A DNA stretch of 64,000 nucleotides from contig CAVZQC010000004.1 in assembly GCA_963777315.1 (NCBI GenBank), forward strand, positions 320,001 to 384,000, written 5' to 3'. Both the position numbers and the translations under genes were made by a program. The stretch comes from Vulcanimicrobiota bacterium. GTDB lineage: Bacteria; Vulcanimicrobiota; Vulcanimicrobiia; Vulcanimicrobiales; Vulcanimicrobiaceae. Positions within the stretch are counted from its first letter, which is position 1. The number at the start of each line of letters is the position of its first letter. This document shows, piece by piece, positions 42,110 through 52,564 of the stretch. The notes below the pieces were generated by a model. That model saw nothing but the letters and a program-made list of their open reading frames with translations, was not told where the DNA came from and ran no database searches.

Positions 42110-42749
42110 CGTCATCGATTCGACCGGTTCGGTGCTCCGCGAAGAACCTACGCCGGAAGTTTTTGCTCGCGATTACGGCGAGAAGTCGAACGCGATCTTT
42201 CGCGCGGTCCATAGAGAATTCGCGAGCCCGCGCGCGGGAACGGCGTCGACGAAGAAACGCGATGAAGTCAGCGGCGGCGGACGCAAGCCGTGGCGCCAAA
42301 AGGGCACCGGCCGTGCTCGCCAAGGCTCCATTCGCTCTCCGCAGTGGACGCACGGCGGTGTCGTGTTCGGACCGCAGCCGCGCAAGTACACGAGCGATCT
42401 CAACAAGAAGGAACGCCGCGCGGCGTTCCTCGCTGCGCTGTCCGACCGTTTTCGCGGCGATGCGGTAACGGTGCTCGACGCGGCGGATTTCGCTCTGGAA
42501 AAGACCGCCGATTTCGCAGCGCTGCTTTTCGGCAATGCGGCAGCTGCCAAGAAAGGTCCGACCACGCTGGTGGTTTTCGGAATGGACGAGCGCGCCGGCG
42601 AAAAACTGCACCGCGTCGGGCGCAACCTCAAGCGAACCGGCATTACGAATATCGGCGCCCTCGACGTCAAGGACGTGCTGCGCTACAGCCGCATCGTCTT
42701 CACCAAAGAGGCGTACGCACAACTCGTGACTCTGGCGGAGCGGAGCTGA
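42102..42749 (+). CDS. rplD: 50S ribosomal protein L4
   Basis: [19 protein letters not shown]. Confidence 0.97.
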   Translation: MPNVIDSTGSVLREEPTPEVFARDYGEKSNAIFRAVHREFASPRAGTASTKKRDEVSGGGRKPWRQKGTGRARQGSIRSPQWTHGGVVFGPQPRKYTSDLNKKERRAAFLAALSDRFRGDAVTVLDAADFALEKTADFAALLFGNAAAAKKGPTTLVVFGMDERAGEKLHRVGRNLKRTGITNIGALDVKDVLRYSRIVFTKEAYAQLVTLAERS

Positions 42750-42750
42750 C

Positions 42751-43059
42751 ATGGACGCACGCGACGTCATCGTTTCTCCCCGCATCACCGAGAAGTCCAT
42801 GGCGAACGCGCTGGGCCATCAATACGGCTTCGTCGTGCATCCGGACGCGACCAAAACCCAAATTCGCCACGCGATCGAAGAAATTTTTAAAGTGAACGTG
42901 CTCAAGGTCAACACGGTCAACGTAGGCGGCAAGACCAAAACGTTCGCTCGCCGCGGCGCGCGCACGCAAGGCCGCACCAAAGACTATAAAAAGGCTACCG
43001 TCACTCTACGTCCGGGCCAGAAGATCGAACTGGGCGGCGTCAACTATTTCGAGCAATAA
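42751..43059 (+). CDS. rplW: 50S ribosomal protein L23
   Basis: PRITEKS, KKATVTL. Confidence 0.97.
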   Translation: MDARDVIVSPRITEKSMANALGHQYGFVVHPDATKTQIRHAIEEIFKVNVLKVNTVNVGGKTKTFARRGARTQGRTKDYKKATVTLRPGQKIELGGVNYFEQ

Positions 43060-43061
43060 AC

Positions 43062-43889
43062 GTGCCCGTAAAAAAATATAAGCCGACCAGCGCCGGCAAA
43101 CGCTTCATGACGACGATGGACTTCTCCGAACTGAGCAAGGTTCCGGCAGAAAAGTCGCTCGTCGAAGTGCGCAAGAAACATTCCGGACGCAATTCCAACG
43201 GACACATCACCGTTCGCCACAAGGGTGGCGGCACGCGTAAGATGTACCGCATCATCGACTTCAAGCGAACCAAGGATGCAATTCCCGCGAAAGTCGCGAG
43301 TTTGGAGTACGATCCGAACCGTTCGGCGCGCATTGCGCTGCTGAACTACCGCGACGGAGAAAAGCGTTATATCCTCGCTCCAGCCGGCCTGAAAATAGGC
43401 GATCGTTTGGAATCCGGTCCGGCGGCCGATATCAAGACCGGCAACTGCCTGCCGATTCGGAACATTCCGGTCGGCACCGTCATTCACAATATCGAACTGC
43501 GGCCCGGACAAGGCGCCAAACTCGTGCGCAGTGCGGGCGGTGCGGCGCAGCTGATGGCCAAAGAGGGCGATTACGCTCAGGTGCGCATGCCCTCGGGAGA
43601 GGTGCGTAAAGTGCTCGTGGTGTGCCGCGCGACCATCGGTCAGCTCGGCAACGTAGAGCACGAGAACGAAATCGTGGGCAAAGCCGGCCGCCAGCGGCAT
43701 CGCGGCAAGCGCCCGAGCGTGCGCGGCATCGCGATGAATCCCGTGGATCATCCGCACGGCGGCGGCGAAGCGCGCTCGACGTCGGGCCGTCCGCCAACAA
43801 CGCCGTGGGGTCAAATGACGATGGGCAAAAAAACCCGGCGCAACAAGCGCACGCAAAACATGATCGTCCGCAAACGTGGGTCCAAATAG
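43062..43889 (+). CDS. rplB: 50S ribosomal protein L2
   Basis: [23 protein letters not shown]. Confidence 0.98.
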   Translation: MPVKKYKPTSAGKRFMTTMDFSELSKVPAEKSLVEVRKKHSGRNSNGHITVRHKGGGTRKMYRIIDFKRTKDAIPAKVASLEYDPNRSARIALLNYRDGEKRYILAPAGLKIGDRLESGPAADIKTGNCLPIRNIPVGTVIHNIELRPGQGAKLVRSAGGAAQLMAKEGDYAQVRMPSGEVRKVLVVCRATIGQLGNVEHENEIVGKAGRQRHRGKRPSVRGIAMNPVDHPHGGGEARSTSGRPPTTPWGQMTMGKKTRRNKRTQNMIVRKRGSK

Positions 43890-43937
43890 ATGAACGACGG
43901 TACATTCGTGCGCGGTTCGCAGCGGAGCGCCTGGTAA
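43890..43937 (+). other. 15-aa bridge mini-ORF MNDGTFVRGSQRSAW exactly filling the rplB-rpsS spacer
   Basis: TAG|ATG ... TAA|ATG. Confidence 0.55.
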
Positions 43938-44213
43938 ATGGGACGCAGCTTAAAGAAAGGCCCGTTCGTGGCCGAACACCTCATCGCCAAAATCGATTCC
44001 CTGAACGAACGGCGTGAGAAGCGCGTCATCAAGACGTGGAGCCGCGCGTCGGTGATCGTTCCCGCGATGGTCGGCCACACGATCGGCGTGCACAACGGTA
44101 AAGCGCACGTGCCCGTTTTCGTCACCGAGAACATGGTGGGACACAAGTTGGGCGAGTTCGCGCCGACTCGCACGTTTCGCGGTCACGGCGGCGACAAGGC
44201 TGCAGTAAAGTGA
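43938..44213 (+). CDS. rpsS: 30S ribosomal protein S19
   Basis: [19 protein letters not shown]. Confidence 0.98.
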   Translation: MGRSLKKGPFVAEHLIAKIDSLNERREKRVIKTWSRASVIVPAMVGHTIGVHNGKAHVPVFVTENMVGHKLGEFAPTRTFRGHGGDKAAVK

Positions 44214-44465
44214 TGCAACGTAATTTCGGCGCGCCCACGGGGAGCGCTCATATTAGCAGTGCGTTTATGCGCGCCATGGCTTGGGGGCCCCACGCTTTGG
44301 CGTGGGGGGCGCGGAGTTTGGAACGGAGCGCCTTGTACGATGCAACGTAATTTTGGCGCGCCCACGGGGAGCGCTCATATTAGCAGTGCGTTTATGCGCG
44401 CCATGGCCGGGGGGCCCCACGCTTTAGCGTGGGGGGCGCGGAGTTTGGAACGGAGCGCCTTGTAA
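44212..44465 (+). repeat. Tandem duplication of a structured 127-bp unit (2 copies)
   Basis: 44212-44338 and 44339-44465, 5 mismatches; CCCCACGC-TTTR-GCGTGGGG hairpin; ends in CGGAGCGCC RBS. Confidence 0.95.
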
Positions 44466-45014
44466 ATGGAAGCCGTCGCGCATCTCAAGTTCGCCCGCAT
44501 GGGGCCGCGCAAACTGCGCCGCGTCGCCGATGCGATTCGCGGCAGGAGCGTCAAAGAGGCGCTCGTGCTGCTGCAATTCGCCGGAGTGTTCGCCGCAGAG
44601 CCGATGGAGAAATTACTGCGCAGCGCCGTCGCCAACGCAGGCAACAACCACGACATGAATACGGACGAGTTATTCGTCACCCGCGTTACGGTCGACGGCG
44701 GCCCGGGCGGACGTTTCACCAAACGATTGGATCCCCGTGCGCAAGGGCGTGCCAACTTCAAGCGCAAGCGGATGGCTCACGTAACGGTTGTCGTCGGCGA
44801 GCAGCCGCCGGTGAAAAAGCGGCGCAGCTCGGGCGGCGCGTCGATCGGCGTGAAACGCGCAACGACGCGTAAGGGCGCCGCGGCCGGAGCCGCCGGCGCA
44901 AAAGCGCCTGCCAAGCGTAAAGCTTCAGCCCGCAAAACTGCACCGCGCAAAACTTCAACGCGCAAAGCGCGTCCCTCCAAGGCTGGATCAGCCGCAGGCG
45001 AAAAGGCGATTTAA
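44466..45014 (+). CDS. rplV: 50S ribosomal protein L22 with Lys/Ala-rich C-terminal tail
   Basis: [20 protein letters not shown]. Confidence 0.97.
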   Translation: MEAVAHLKFARMGPRKLRRVADAIRGRSVKEALVLLQFAGVFAAEPMEKLLRSAVANAGNNHDMNTDELFVTRVTVDGGPGGRFTKRLDPRAQGRANFKRKRMAHVTVVVGEQPPVKKRRSSGGASIGVKRATTRKGAAAGAAGAKAPAKRKASARKTAPRKTSTRKARPSKAGSAAGEKAI

Positions 45015-45985
45015 TGGGACAGAAAATTCATCCGGTCGGCCTGCGTCTGGGCATTACGCGTACCTGGGACAGCCGTTGGTTCGAGAAAAAGCACTACAAA
45101 GAGTGGCTGCACGAAGACGTAAAAATCCGCAAGTACTTTGCTCGGCTCGTTCGTCCGGCTGCCATCTCCAAGATCGAGATCGAGCGCAGGGCCAATCAAG
45201 CCCGCGTCATCGTCAATACAGGCAAGCCCGGCATCATCATCGGCAAGCGCGGCGTGGGGATTGAAGAGATCCGCAAAAACATCGAGCAGCTGACCGGCAA
45301 AAACGTCCAAGTCAACGTGATGGAGATTAAGCATCCGGAACTCGACGCGCGGCTGGTCGCGCAAAACATCGTCGATCAGCTCGAAAAGCGCATAGCGTTT
45401 CGGCGTGCGATGAAACAGGCGATCATGCGCACGATGAAAGCGGGTGCGCGCGGTATCAAAGTTCAAGTTTCCGGACGCCTGGGCGGCGCCGAGATCGCGC
45501 GTACCGAGCGCAATGCCGACGGGAAAGTGCCGTTGCACACGCTTCGTGCCGACATCGATTATGCGCAAGTCGAGGCGTTCACAACGTTCGGGCGGATCGG
45601 CGTGAAGGTGTGGATTTACCGCGGTGAAGTGCTTCCGGATCACACGCGCGGACCCGAACGCGAATCGCGCTCGGACCGCCCCCAATTCCGCGACCGCCGC
45701 GAGCGGGGCGGCCGTGGTCGCGGCCGCACCGGCACCGGCCAGCGTCCGGCGCAGTCCGCCGGTGAAACGCCTTCAGGTGAAACGCTTTCAACGGAAGAAG
45801 CGCCGGTTTCCGACGTATCGGAGGCGCAGCAGATCGTTCCCGCGGCGCAGCCGATCGTTCCCGAGGCGCAGCCGATCGTTCCCGGGGCCGAGCAGATCGT
45901 GCCTGAGGCGCAGCAGAACGTTCCCGAGACGCCGGCCGGCGTCACGTCCGATGCAGCGGAGGATGGCAGCGATGCTAACCCCTAA
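45014..45985 (+). CDS. rpsC: 30S ribosomal protein S3 with long C-terminal extension
   Basis: [35 protein letters not shown]. Confidence 0.98.
   Translation: MGQKIHPVGLRLGITRTWDSRWFEKKHYKEWLHEDVKIRKYFARLVRPAAISKIEIERRANQARVIVNTGKPGIIIGKRGVGIEEIRKNIEQLTGKNVQVNVMEIKHPELDARLVAQNIVDQLEKRIAFRRAMKQAIMRTMKAGARGIKVQVSGRLGGAEIARTERNADGKVPLHTLRADIDYAQVEAFTTFGRIGVKVWIYRGEVLPDHTRGPERESRSDRPQFRDRRERGGRGRGRTGTGQRPAQSAGETPSGETLSTEEAPVSDVSEAQQIVPAAQPIVPEAQPIVPGAEQIVPEAQQNVPETPAGVTSDAAEDGSDANP
45821..45925 (+). repeat. 5 x 21-bp coding tandem repeat (EAQQIVP-like) in rpsC tail
   Basis: GAGGCGCAGCAGATCGTTCCC variants. Confidence 0.9.
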
Positions 45986-46406
45986 ACGAGTCAAATGGCG
46001 CCGGGTTCATCGCGGCCGCATGCGCGGCAAAGCGGTGCGCGGCAGCTCGCTCACGTTCGGCGAGTACGGGCTGCAGGCGCTTGAGCCGTGCTGGATGACC
46101 AATCGGCAGATTGAAGCCGCACGTATCGCGATGACCCGCCACATCAAGCGCGGCGGCAAAGTATGGATCAAAGTGTTTCCGGACAAGTCGGTTACGAAAA
46201 AACCGGCTGAAGTGCGCATGGGCGCGGGCAAGGGCAATCCCGAATTTTGGGTCGCCGTGGTGCGGCCCGGGCGCGTGCTGTTCGAGCTTTCCGGCGTTGC
46301 ACCGGACGTTGCGCGGCGAGCGCTGCAGCTTGCCGCCTCGAAGCTTCCTATCGGAACGAAGATTCTTTCGCGTGAGGAGATTCCCCAGGAGCGTGGCGCA
46401 GAATGA
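45972..46406 (+). CDS. rplP: 50S ribosomal protein L16
   Basis: [18 protein letters not shown]. Confidence 0.98.
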   Translation: MLTPKRVKWRRVHRGRMRGKAVRGSSLTFGEYGLQALEPCWMTNRQIEAARIAMTRHIKRGGKVWIKVFPDKSVTKKPAEVRMGAGKGNPEFWVAVVRPGRVLFELSGVAPDVARRALQLAASKLPIGTKILSREEIPQERGAE

Positions 46407-46624
46407 AGATTCACGAATTCAAAGAACTGCGCAATCTGACCATCGGCGAGCTGCAGCAAAAAGCTCGCGAAACGAAGGAAGAGCTGTTCAACCTTCGCTT
46501 TGCGCTGCGCACCGGTCACTTGTCTGATTTTTCCAAAGTGCGCGCCATTCGCCGCACGTACGCGCAGATCCAAACCGTTATCTCGGAAAAGCGGATCGCG
46601 GAGGCCAGAAATGGAGCAGCATAG
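46403..46624 (+). CDS. rpmC: 50S ribosomal protein L29
   Basis: KEELFNLRF. Confidence 0.95.
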   Translation: MKIHEFKELRNLTIGELQQKARETKEELFNLRFALRTGHLSDFSKVRAIRRTYAQIQTVISEKRIAEARNGAA

Positions 46625-46880
46625 CCAAGCGCGGCATAAGCGCCGCACCAAGCAAGGCCGCGTCGTTTCGGACAAAATGGACAAAACGATCGTCGTGCGC
46701 TCGGAAATGCGCGTGCCGCATCCCATTTACGGCAAGATCGTGCGCAAATCAGTGAAATTCAAAGCGCACGACGAACGCAATGAGGCCAAGGCCGGCGATA
46801 CGGTGCGCATCATGGAGTGCCGCCCGCTGTCCAAGGACAAGCGCTGGCGGCTGCTCGAGATTCTGGAGCGCGCCAAGTGA
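46611..46880 (+). CDS. rpsQ: 30S ribosomal protein S17
   Basis: [22 protein letters not shown]. Confidence 0.97.
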   Translation: MEQHSQARHKRRTKQGRVVSDKMDKTIVVRSEMRVPHPIYGKIVRKSVKFKAHDERNEAKAGDTVRIMECRPLSKDKRWRLLEILERAK

Positions 46881-46897
46881 CGAACTCTCGGACCGAC

Positions 46898-47296
46898 CGG
46901 ACGGAGCGCCTTTTCAAAGCCGTCAGCCCTTTGCAAGCAAAGAATTGCTGCGTCGTAACGCAGCAATTCGATACCGCCTACCGGGCCCAACGGGGGCCCC
47001 TCGCAGTGGGGGGCGCGGAGTCTCGGACGGAGCGCCTTTTCAAAGCCGTCAGCCCTTTGCAAGCAAAGAATTGCTGCGTCGTAACGCAGCAATTCGATAC
47101 TGCCTACCGGGCCCAACGGGGGCCCCACGCAGTGGGGGGCGCGGAGTCTCGGACGGAGCGCCTTTTCAAAGCCGTCAGCCCTTTGCAAGCAAAGAATTGC
47201 TGCGTCGTAACGCAGCAATTCGATACCGCCTACCGGGCCCAACGGGGGCCCCACGCAGTGGGGGGCGCGGAGTCTCGGACGGAGCGCCTTTTCAAA
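46898..47296 (+). repeat. Tandem array of a structured 126-bp unit (3 copies plus 21-bp leading partial)
   Basis: Units start 46919, 47045, 47171; only two variable positions; perfect 12-bp hairpin GAATTGCTGCGT-CGTA-ACGCAGCAATTC; each ends CGGACGGAGCGCCTTTTCAAA. Confidence 0.97.
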
Positions 47297-47673
47297 TGAT
47301 CCAGCAAGAAACCCGCCTCAAAGTCGCCGACAACTCCGGCGCACGCGAGCTGCTGTGCATCCACGTGAGCGGCGGCAGCCGGCATCCGTACGCGCACGTC
47401 GGGGACATCGTGGTCGGCACGGTCAAGAGCGCCATTCCGGGCGCGGCGGTCAAAAAAGGACAAGTCGTCAAGGCCGTCATCGTGCGCACGTCGGCACCGA
47501 TTCGCCGCAGCGACGGTTCCGTCGTCAAGTGCGACGACAACGCCTGCGTGATCATCAAAGGCGACAAGGACAACCTGGACCCGCGCGGCACGCGCGTGTT
47601 CGGCCCGGTCATGCGGGAACTGCGCGACCGCGGCTTTCTGAAGATCGCTTCCCTCGCTCCGGAGGTGCTGTGA
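47296..47673 (+). CDS. rplN: 50S ribosomal protein L14
   Basis: [23 protein letters not shown]. Confidence 0.98.
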   Translation: MIQQETRLKVADNSGARELLCIHVSGGSRHPYAHVGDIVVGTVKSAIPGAAVKKGQVVKAVIVRTSAPIRRSDGSVVKCDDNACVIIKGDKDNLDPRGTRVFGPVMRELRDRGFLKIASLAPEVL

Positions 47674-48023
47674 TGGCAGATATCATCAAGGGCGACACCG
47701 TTGCGATCCGCCGCGGCAAGGAAAAGGGAAAGCGCGGCGTGGTCAAAGCCGTTTTTCCAAAGTCCGGAATGGCGACGGTTGAAGGTTTGAACGTCGTCAA
47801 GCGCCACACCAAACAGGGTTCGCAGCAGCAGAACATGGGTGGTTCCGCGCAGACCGGCGGCATCATCGAAAAGGAAGCCCCCGTTCCCATTTCGGCCCTG
47901 CAGTACGTGTGCGAGAAATGCAGGACGCCCACGCGCATCCGCCGCCATGAAACCGCCGAAGGCACCAAACGCGTTTGCGCCAAGTGCGGCGAGCCCGCGC
48001 GCCTGTCGGTAAAAGGAGCCTAA
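47673..48023 (+). CDS. rplX: 50S ribosomal protein L24
   Basis: KGDTV...GKEKGK KOW motif, GGIIEKEAP. Confidence 0.96.
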   Translation: MADIIKGDTVAIRRGKEKGKRGVVKAVFPKSGMATVEGLNVVKRHTKQGSQQQNMGGSAQTGGIIEKEAPVPISALQYVCEKCRTPTRIRRHETAEGTKRVCAKCGEPARLSVKGA

Positions 48024-48047
48024 TGACACGTTCATTTACGCAGCGAG

Positions 48048-48599
48048 ATGAATAGATTAAAAGAAAAATACGATAAGGAAGTTCGCAGCCGCCTGCGCGA
48101 GCGCTTCGGATATCACAACGTTCATCAAATTCCACGCTTGGAAAAAGTCGTGGTCAACATGAGCGTTGGCGACGCCATCACCAATTCCAAAGTGCTCGAC
48201 ACCGCGGTTGCCGAGCTGCAGGCGATTAGCGGGCAAAAGCCGATCGTGACCAAGGCCAAAAAATCGATCGCCGCCTTCAAACTGCGCGAAGGCATGAACA
48301 TCGGCGCCAAAGTAACGCTCCGGGGCGACCGGATGTACGTGTTTTTGGACAAACTGTTCAACGTGGTGCTGCCGCGCATTCGCGACTTTCGCGGGCTGCC
48401 GCGCAAGTCGTTCGACGGACGCGGAAACTACAACATGGGGCTGCGCGAGCAAATCGTCTTTCCCGAGATCAACTTCGACAAAGTCGAAAAGATGCGCGGC
48501 ATGGACATCGTGATCGTAACGACGGCTAAGAACGACGAGGAAGCCACCGAATTTCTTACCGCGATGGGCTTGCCGCTGCAGAAAGCGGGTGCACGGTAA
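48048..48599 (+). CDS. rplE: 50S ribosomal protein L5
   Basis: [16 protein letters not shown]. Confidence 0.98.
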   Translation: MNRLKEKYDKEVRSRLRERFGYHNVHQIPRLEKVVVNMSVGDAITNSKVLDTAVAELQAISGQKPIVTKAKKSIAAFKLREGMNIGAKVTLRGDRMYVFLDKLFNVVLPRIRDFRGLPRKSFDGRGNYNMGLREQIVFPEINFDKVEKMRGMDIVIVTTAKNDEEATEFLTAMGLPLQKAGAR

Positions 48600-48784
48600 T
48601 GGCAAAAACCGCGCTCATCGAGAAATCGAAGCGGACGCCCAAGTTCAAAGTGCGCGCCCACAACCGTTGCGAGCTTTGCGGCCGGCCCCGCGGCGTTTAC
48701 CGCCGCTTCGGCCTGTGCCGGATTTGCTTTCGCGAGAACGCGCATAAAGGCAACGTTCCCGGCATTACCAAGGCGTCGTGGTGA
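48599..48784 (+). CDS. rpsN: 30S ribosomal protein S14, Zn-binding type Z
   Basis: 61 aa, CELC...CRIC, KASW. Confidence 0.97.
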   Translation: MAKTALIEKSKRTPKFKVRAHNRCELCGRPRGVYRRFGLCRICFRENAHKGNVPGITKASW

Positions 48785-48802
48785 ACCGGAGGATAGTGTA
48801 AA

Positions 48803-49204
48803 GTGGCTGTCATCACCGACCCCATCGCCGACATGCTTACGCGCATTCGCAATGCCAATACGGCAAACCACGACGTGGTCAACGTGCCGGCTTCGCGCAT
48901 GAAGCGGGCGGTCGCGCAAATCCTCAAGGAAGAGGGCTTTATCGTGGACTTCGAGCGTGTGGATGAAGGCCCGCAAGGCACCATCCGCATCAAGCTCAAG
49001 TACGGCCCGAACAAGGAAAAAGTCATCACGGGCCTGCGGCGCATTTCTCGCCCAGGCTTGCGCGTGTATACCAACAAAACCGAAATACCGCGCGTTCTGG
49101 GCGGCTTGGGCGTCGTCATCATGTCCACGTCCAGAGGCATCATGTCCGGCAAGCGCGCCAAAAAAGAAGGCTGCGGGGGCGAAGTCCTCGCTTACGTGTG
49201 GTAA
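48803..49204 (+). CDS. rpsH: 30S ribosomal protein S8
   Basis: [22 protein letters not shown]. Confidence 0.98.
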   Translation: MAVITDPIADMLTRIRNANTANHDVVNVPASRMKRAVAQILKEEGFIVDFERVDEGPQGTIRIKLKYGPNKEKVITGLRRISRPGLRVYTNKTEIPRVLGGLGVVIMSTSRGIMSGKRAKKEGCGGEVLAYVW

Positions 49205-49206
49205 TT

Positions 49207-49755
49207 ATGAGCAGAATAGGAAAATTGCCCGTCGCAGTCCCCAGCGGCGTGAACGTGGAGATTGCCGACGGCGAAGTGCGCGTCAAAGGGCCTAAAGGCG
49301 AACTGCGCGAGCGCGTGCTCGAGCTCGTTGCCGTCAAGCTCCACGACGGCAAGGTCGTGGTCGAACGCCGAGGCGACGCCAAAGAGCACCGCGCGGCGCA
49401 CGGCCTGACGCGCACGCTGGTCAACAACATGATCCAGGGAGTAAGCAAAGGGTTTCGCCGCAGCCTGGAGATCCAAGGCGTCGGCTATCGCGCAGCCAAG
49501 GCGGGAGAGAATCTGAATCTGACGTTAGGATACTCGCATCCCGTGAGCTACGCGCCGCCCAGCGGCATCACGCTCTCGGTCGAAGGCACCAATAGAGTTC
49601 ACGTGGAGGGCATCGACAAGCAGCAAGTCGGCCAAGTGGCCGCCGAAATTCGCGATCTGCGTGCGCCCGAGCCGTACAAAGGCAAAGGCATCCGCTACGC
49701 AGGCGAGATCGTGCGCAAGAAACTCGGTAAAGCCGGAAAGGCCGGTAAGAAGTAA
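49207..49755 (+). CDS. rplF: 50S ribosomal protein L6
   Basis: MSRIGKLP, PEPYKGKGIRY. Confidence 0.98.
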   Translation: MSRIGKLPVAVPSGVNVEIADGEVRVKGPKGELRERVLELVAVKLHDGKVVVERRGDAKEHRAAHGLTRTLVNNMIQGVSKGFRRSLEIQGVGYRAAKAGENLNLTLGYSHPVSYAPPSGITLSVEGTNRVHVEGIDKQQVGQVAAEIRDLRAPEPYKGKGIRYAGEIVRKKLGKAGKAGKK

Positions 49756-50120
49756 TGGCGCGCATTTCACGCGACGACTCCCGCCGCAAGCGGCACACTC
49801 GCCTGCGCCGCAAGGTCGCAGGTTCGAGCGAACGTCCGCGTTTGCTGATCCGGCGCACTCTGCATCACATCTATGCAACCGTCGTCGACGATGCCGCAGG
49901 GCACACGCTCGTCGCCGCATCGACGCGCGAAAAGGGTCTAGCGGGGGCATTGGATTCAACCGCCAATCTGGCTGCCGCCGAGAAGATCGGTCAGGTCATC
50001 GCCGCCAAAGCCAAAGAGGCCGGCATCACGCAGGTCGTGTTCGATCGCAGCGGTTTGAAGTATCACGGCCGCGTGAAGGCGCTGGCCGACGCAGCTCGTC
50101 AAGCGGGACTGGAGTTCTAA
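49755..50120 (+). CDS. rplR: 50S ribosomal protein L18
   Basis: VVFDRSGLKYHGRV. Confidence 0.97.
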   Translation: MARISRDDSRRKRHTRLRRKVAGSSERPRLLIRRTLHHIYATVVDDAAGHTLVAASTREKGLAGALDSTANLAAAEKIGQVIAAKAKEAGITQVVFDRSGLKYHGRVKALADAARQAGLEF

Positions 50121-50627
50121 ATGCAATATCGTGGCCGCGACCGGGACAATTCCGGATTCGAAGAAACGGTCGTTCGCGTCAATCGCGTAGCAAAGGTCGT
50201 CAAGGGCGGTAAGCGCTTCAGCTTCAGCGCCTTGGTCGTGGTCGGCGATCGCAAGGGCAAAGTCGGTTACGCGATCGGCAAGGCCGGCGAAGTTCCCGAA
50301 GCGATCCGCAAGGGCGTCGAACAGGCAAAGAAAAGTTTGGTGTCAGTCCCAATGGTCGAGAAAACGATTCCGCACATCGTGAATCATCAAATCGGTTCGG
50401 CCCACGTGCTGCTCAAGCCCGCCGCTCCGGGTACGGGCGTCATCGCCGGCGGTGCGATGCGCGCAGTGCTCGAGCTGGCCGGCATCCACGACATTCTGAC
50501 AAAGTCGCTGGGAACGAACAATCCGATCAACGTCGTGTACGCGACCGTCGAAGCGCTGCGTTCGCTCACGACCGCCGAGCGGGTCGCTGCGCTGCGCGGA
50601 AAAAGCGTCGCGGATATTTTTGCTTGA
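50121..50627 (+). CDS. rpsE: 30S ribosomal protein S5
   Basis: [21 protein letters not shown]. Confidence 0.98.
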   Translation: MQYRGRDRDNSGFEETVVRVNRVAKVVKGGKRFSFSALVVVGDRKGKVGYAIGKAGEVPEAIRKGVEQAKKSLVSVPMVEKTIPHIVNHQIGSAHVLLKPAAPGTGVIAGGAMRAVLELAGIHDILTKSLGTNNPINVVYATVEALRSLTTAERVAALRGKSVADIFA

Positions 50628-50651
50628 AGCGTAACGTGAGATTCGGACAAT

Positions 50652-51249
50652 ATGGCACAATCCAAGCGTAAAAAGACCCCGGCCAAAGCGGCCGCGCCCA
50701 AAACCCGGGCAGTGGAGAAGCCGGCTGTTATTGCGGGCGGCGGCGGTTCGACGCTTACGCTCGCTCAGCTGAAACCCGCGCCGGGCAGCCGGCCCAAGCG
50801 CACGCGCGTCGGGCGCGGGCATGGCTCCGGCATGGTCAAGACCGGCGGCGAGGGCGGCAAAGGCCAAACGGTGCGTTCGGGCGGCGGGAAAGGCCCCGCG
50901 TTCGAGGGCGGCCAGACGCCCTGGGCGCGCCGTCTGCCGCATCGGCGGGGATACTCGCAAAAAGCGCGCGACATCGGTCATTTTCGCACCCGTTTGGCCG
51001 TCGTCAATTTGAACGAGCTGATTCGATTGGGATCCTTCGGTCGAAGTGACGCCGCAAACGCTCAAAGTCGCACGCAAGATCAAGTCCATGCGTGACGGCG
51101 TAAAGATTCTGGGCGGCAATGCGAGCCGGTCCAAGGACGGCAAGACGCTTCCCACGGGACTGCGGTTCCGCGACGTGCTGTTTTCGAACAGCGCGCGCGA
51201 GGCGCTGACCGCCGCGGGGGCAACGATCGAGCCGGTCAGCGCACCCTAG
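50652..51249 (+). CDS. rplO: 50S ribosomal protein L15 (apparent +1 frameshift ~51023, likely sequence error)
   Basis: RVGRGHGSG, FEGGQTP; C-half VKILGG...AREALTAAG in next frame. Confidence 0.92.
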
Positions 51250-52545
51250 TGCTGAACAATCTGCGCGCTGCGCTGCTCGTCCCGGACATCCGTGCACGGG
51301 TCATGTTCGTGTTTTTCTCGTTCGCGGTGTTCGTTTTCATGATTCACGTGCAGTTGCCCAACGTGAACGACAAGGTTTGGCAGCAGCTGCTGTCCCAGGG
51401 AGTGTTTTACAACCTGCTGGGCTTTTTGTCCGGCGGCGCACTGCAGAAGTCTGTCTATCATCGCGATGGGCATCACACCCTACATCAACGCCTCGATCAT
51501 CATGCAGCTGATGACCGTCGTGCTGCCGCAGCTCGAGGAGATGGCCAAAAAAGGCGGCGAGGAAGGGCGCAAGAAAATCGGCCAGTACACGCGCTGGCTG
51601 ACGATCGTGCTGGCCACCCTGCAGGCGTTCTTCATGGCGAACATGATGCGCTCGGCGGGCGTGTTTTACGACAACAGCATTTGGTTCGAGCTGTTCGCGG
51701 TCACCGCGATGGTGGGCGGAACGCTGTTTCTCATGTGGCTGGGCGAGCAGATCACCGACAAAGGGATCGGCAACGGCGTGTCGTTGATCATCTTCATCGG
51801 CATCGTCCTGCGCTACCCGCAGTACGTCGCCCAGACCTACACGTCGACGACCAAAGGCGGCGAGTCCATCGCCAACATCGTCATCTACATCCTGATCGCG
51901 ATCGCCGTCGTCATCTCGATCGTGTTTCTCTACCAAGGGCAGCGCCGCGTTCCGGTGCAGCAGGCGCGCCGCGTCGTGGGCCGCAAGATGTTCGCCGGCC
52001 GGTCGACGTACATTCCGCTGCGTCTGAACAACGCCGGCGTCATCTCGATCATCTTCGCCATTTCGCTGCTGCTGCTGCCGCAGCAGGCGCTTTCGTGGTT
52101 CAATCGCGGCGGGGTTCACGCGGGAATCTGGGGCGGCGTTTCGGACTGGGTCAGCGTGTATTTCAGTCCCAACTCCTGGCTGTACAACCTGGTGTACTTC
52201 GTTTTGGTCGTCGTCTTCACGTTCTTCTATAGCGCCATCGTGATCAACACCAAAGATATCGCCGACAACCTCAAGAAAAGCGGCTCGTTCATTCCCGGCA
52301 TTCGGCCCGGCCAGCCGACGGTCGACTACATCAATCGAATCCTCATGCGCATCACCACCGCTGCCGCAATCTATCTCGGTTTGCTCGCGGTGCTGCCTGG
52401 AGCGCTTCAGCGCGGGCTCTCCGTCACGACGTTCTATTTGGGATCGACGTCGCTGCTGATCGTGGTCGGCGTTGCGCTCGACACGATCACGCAGATCGAA
52501 GCTCGCTTGGCGATGCGCGATTACCGGGGCTTCATCAAACGCTAA
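51249..52545 (+). CDS. secY: Preprotein translocase SecY (apparent +1 frameshift ~51450)
   Basis: MGITPYINASII, GIGNGVSLII, FIPGIRPG; AAG T CTG TCT ATC extra base. Confidence 0.95.
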
Positions 52546-52564
52546 TGCGAACGTGCGCGAGCCC

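Noticed and set aside
46780..47295. 297-aa N-terminally extended L14
   Set aside because: Start lies inside rpsQ; canonical MIQQE start with GGAG at 47296; the open frame reflects the 126-bp stop-free repeat
46898..47296. CRISPR array interpretation of the 126/127-bp repeats
   Set aside because: Units within each array are near-identical with no unique spacers, and no cas genes are in the window
50624..50671. Bridge mini-ORF in the rpsE-rplO spacer
   Set aside because: TTG start and a stop 17 nt inside rplO; too loose to count
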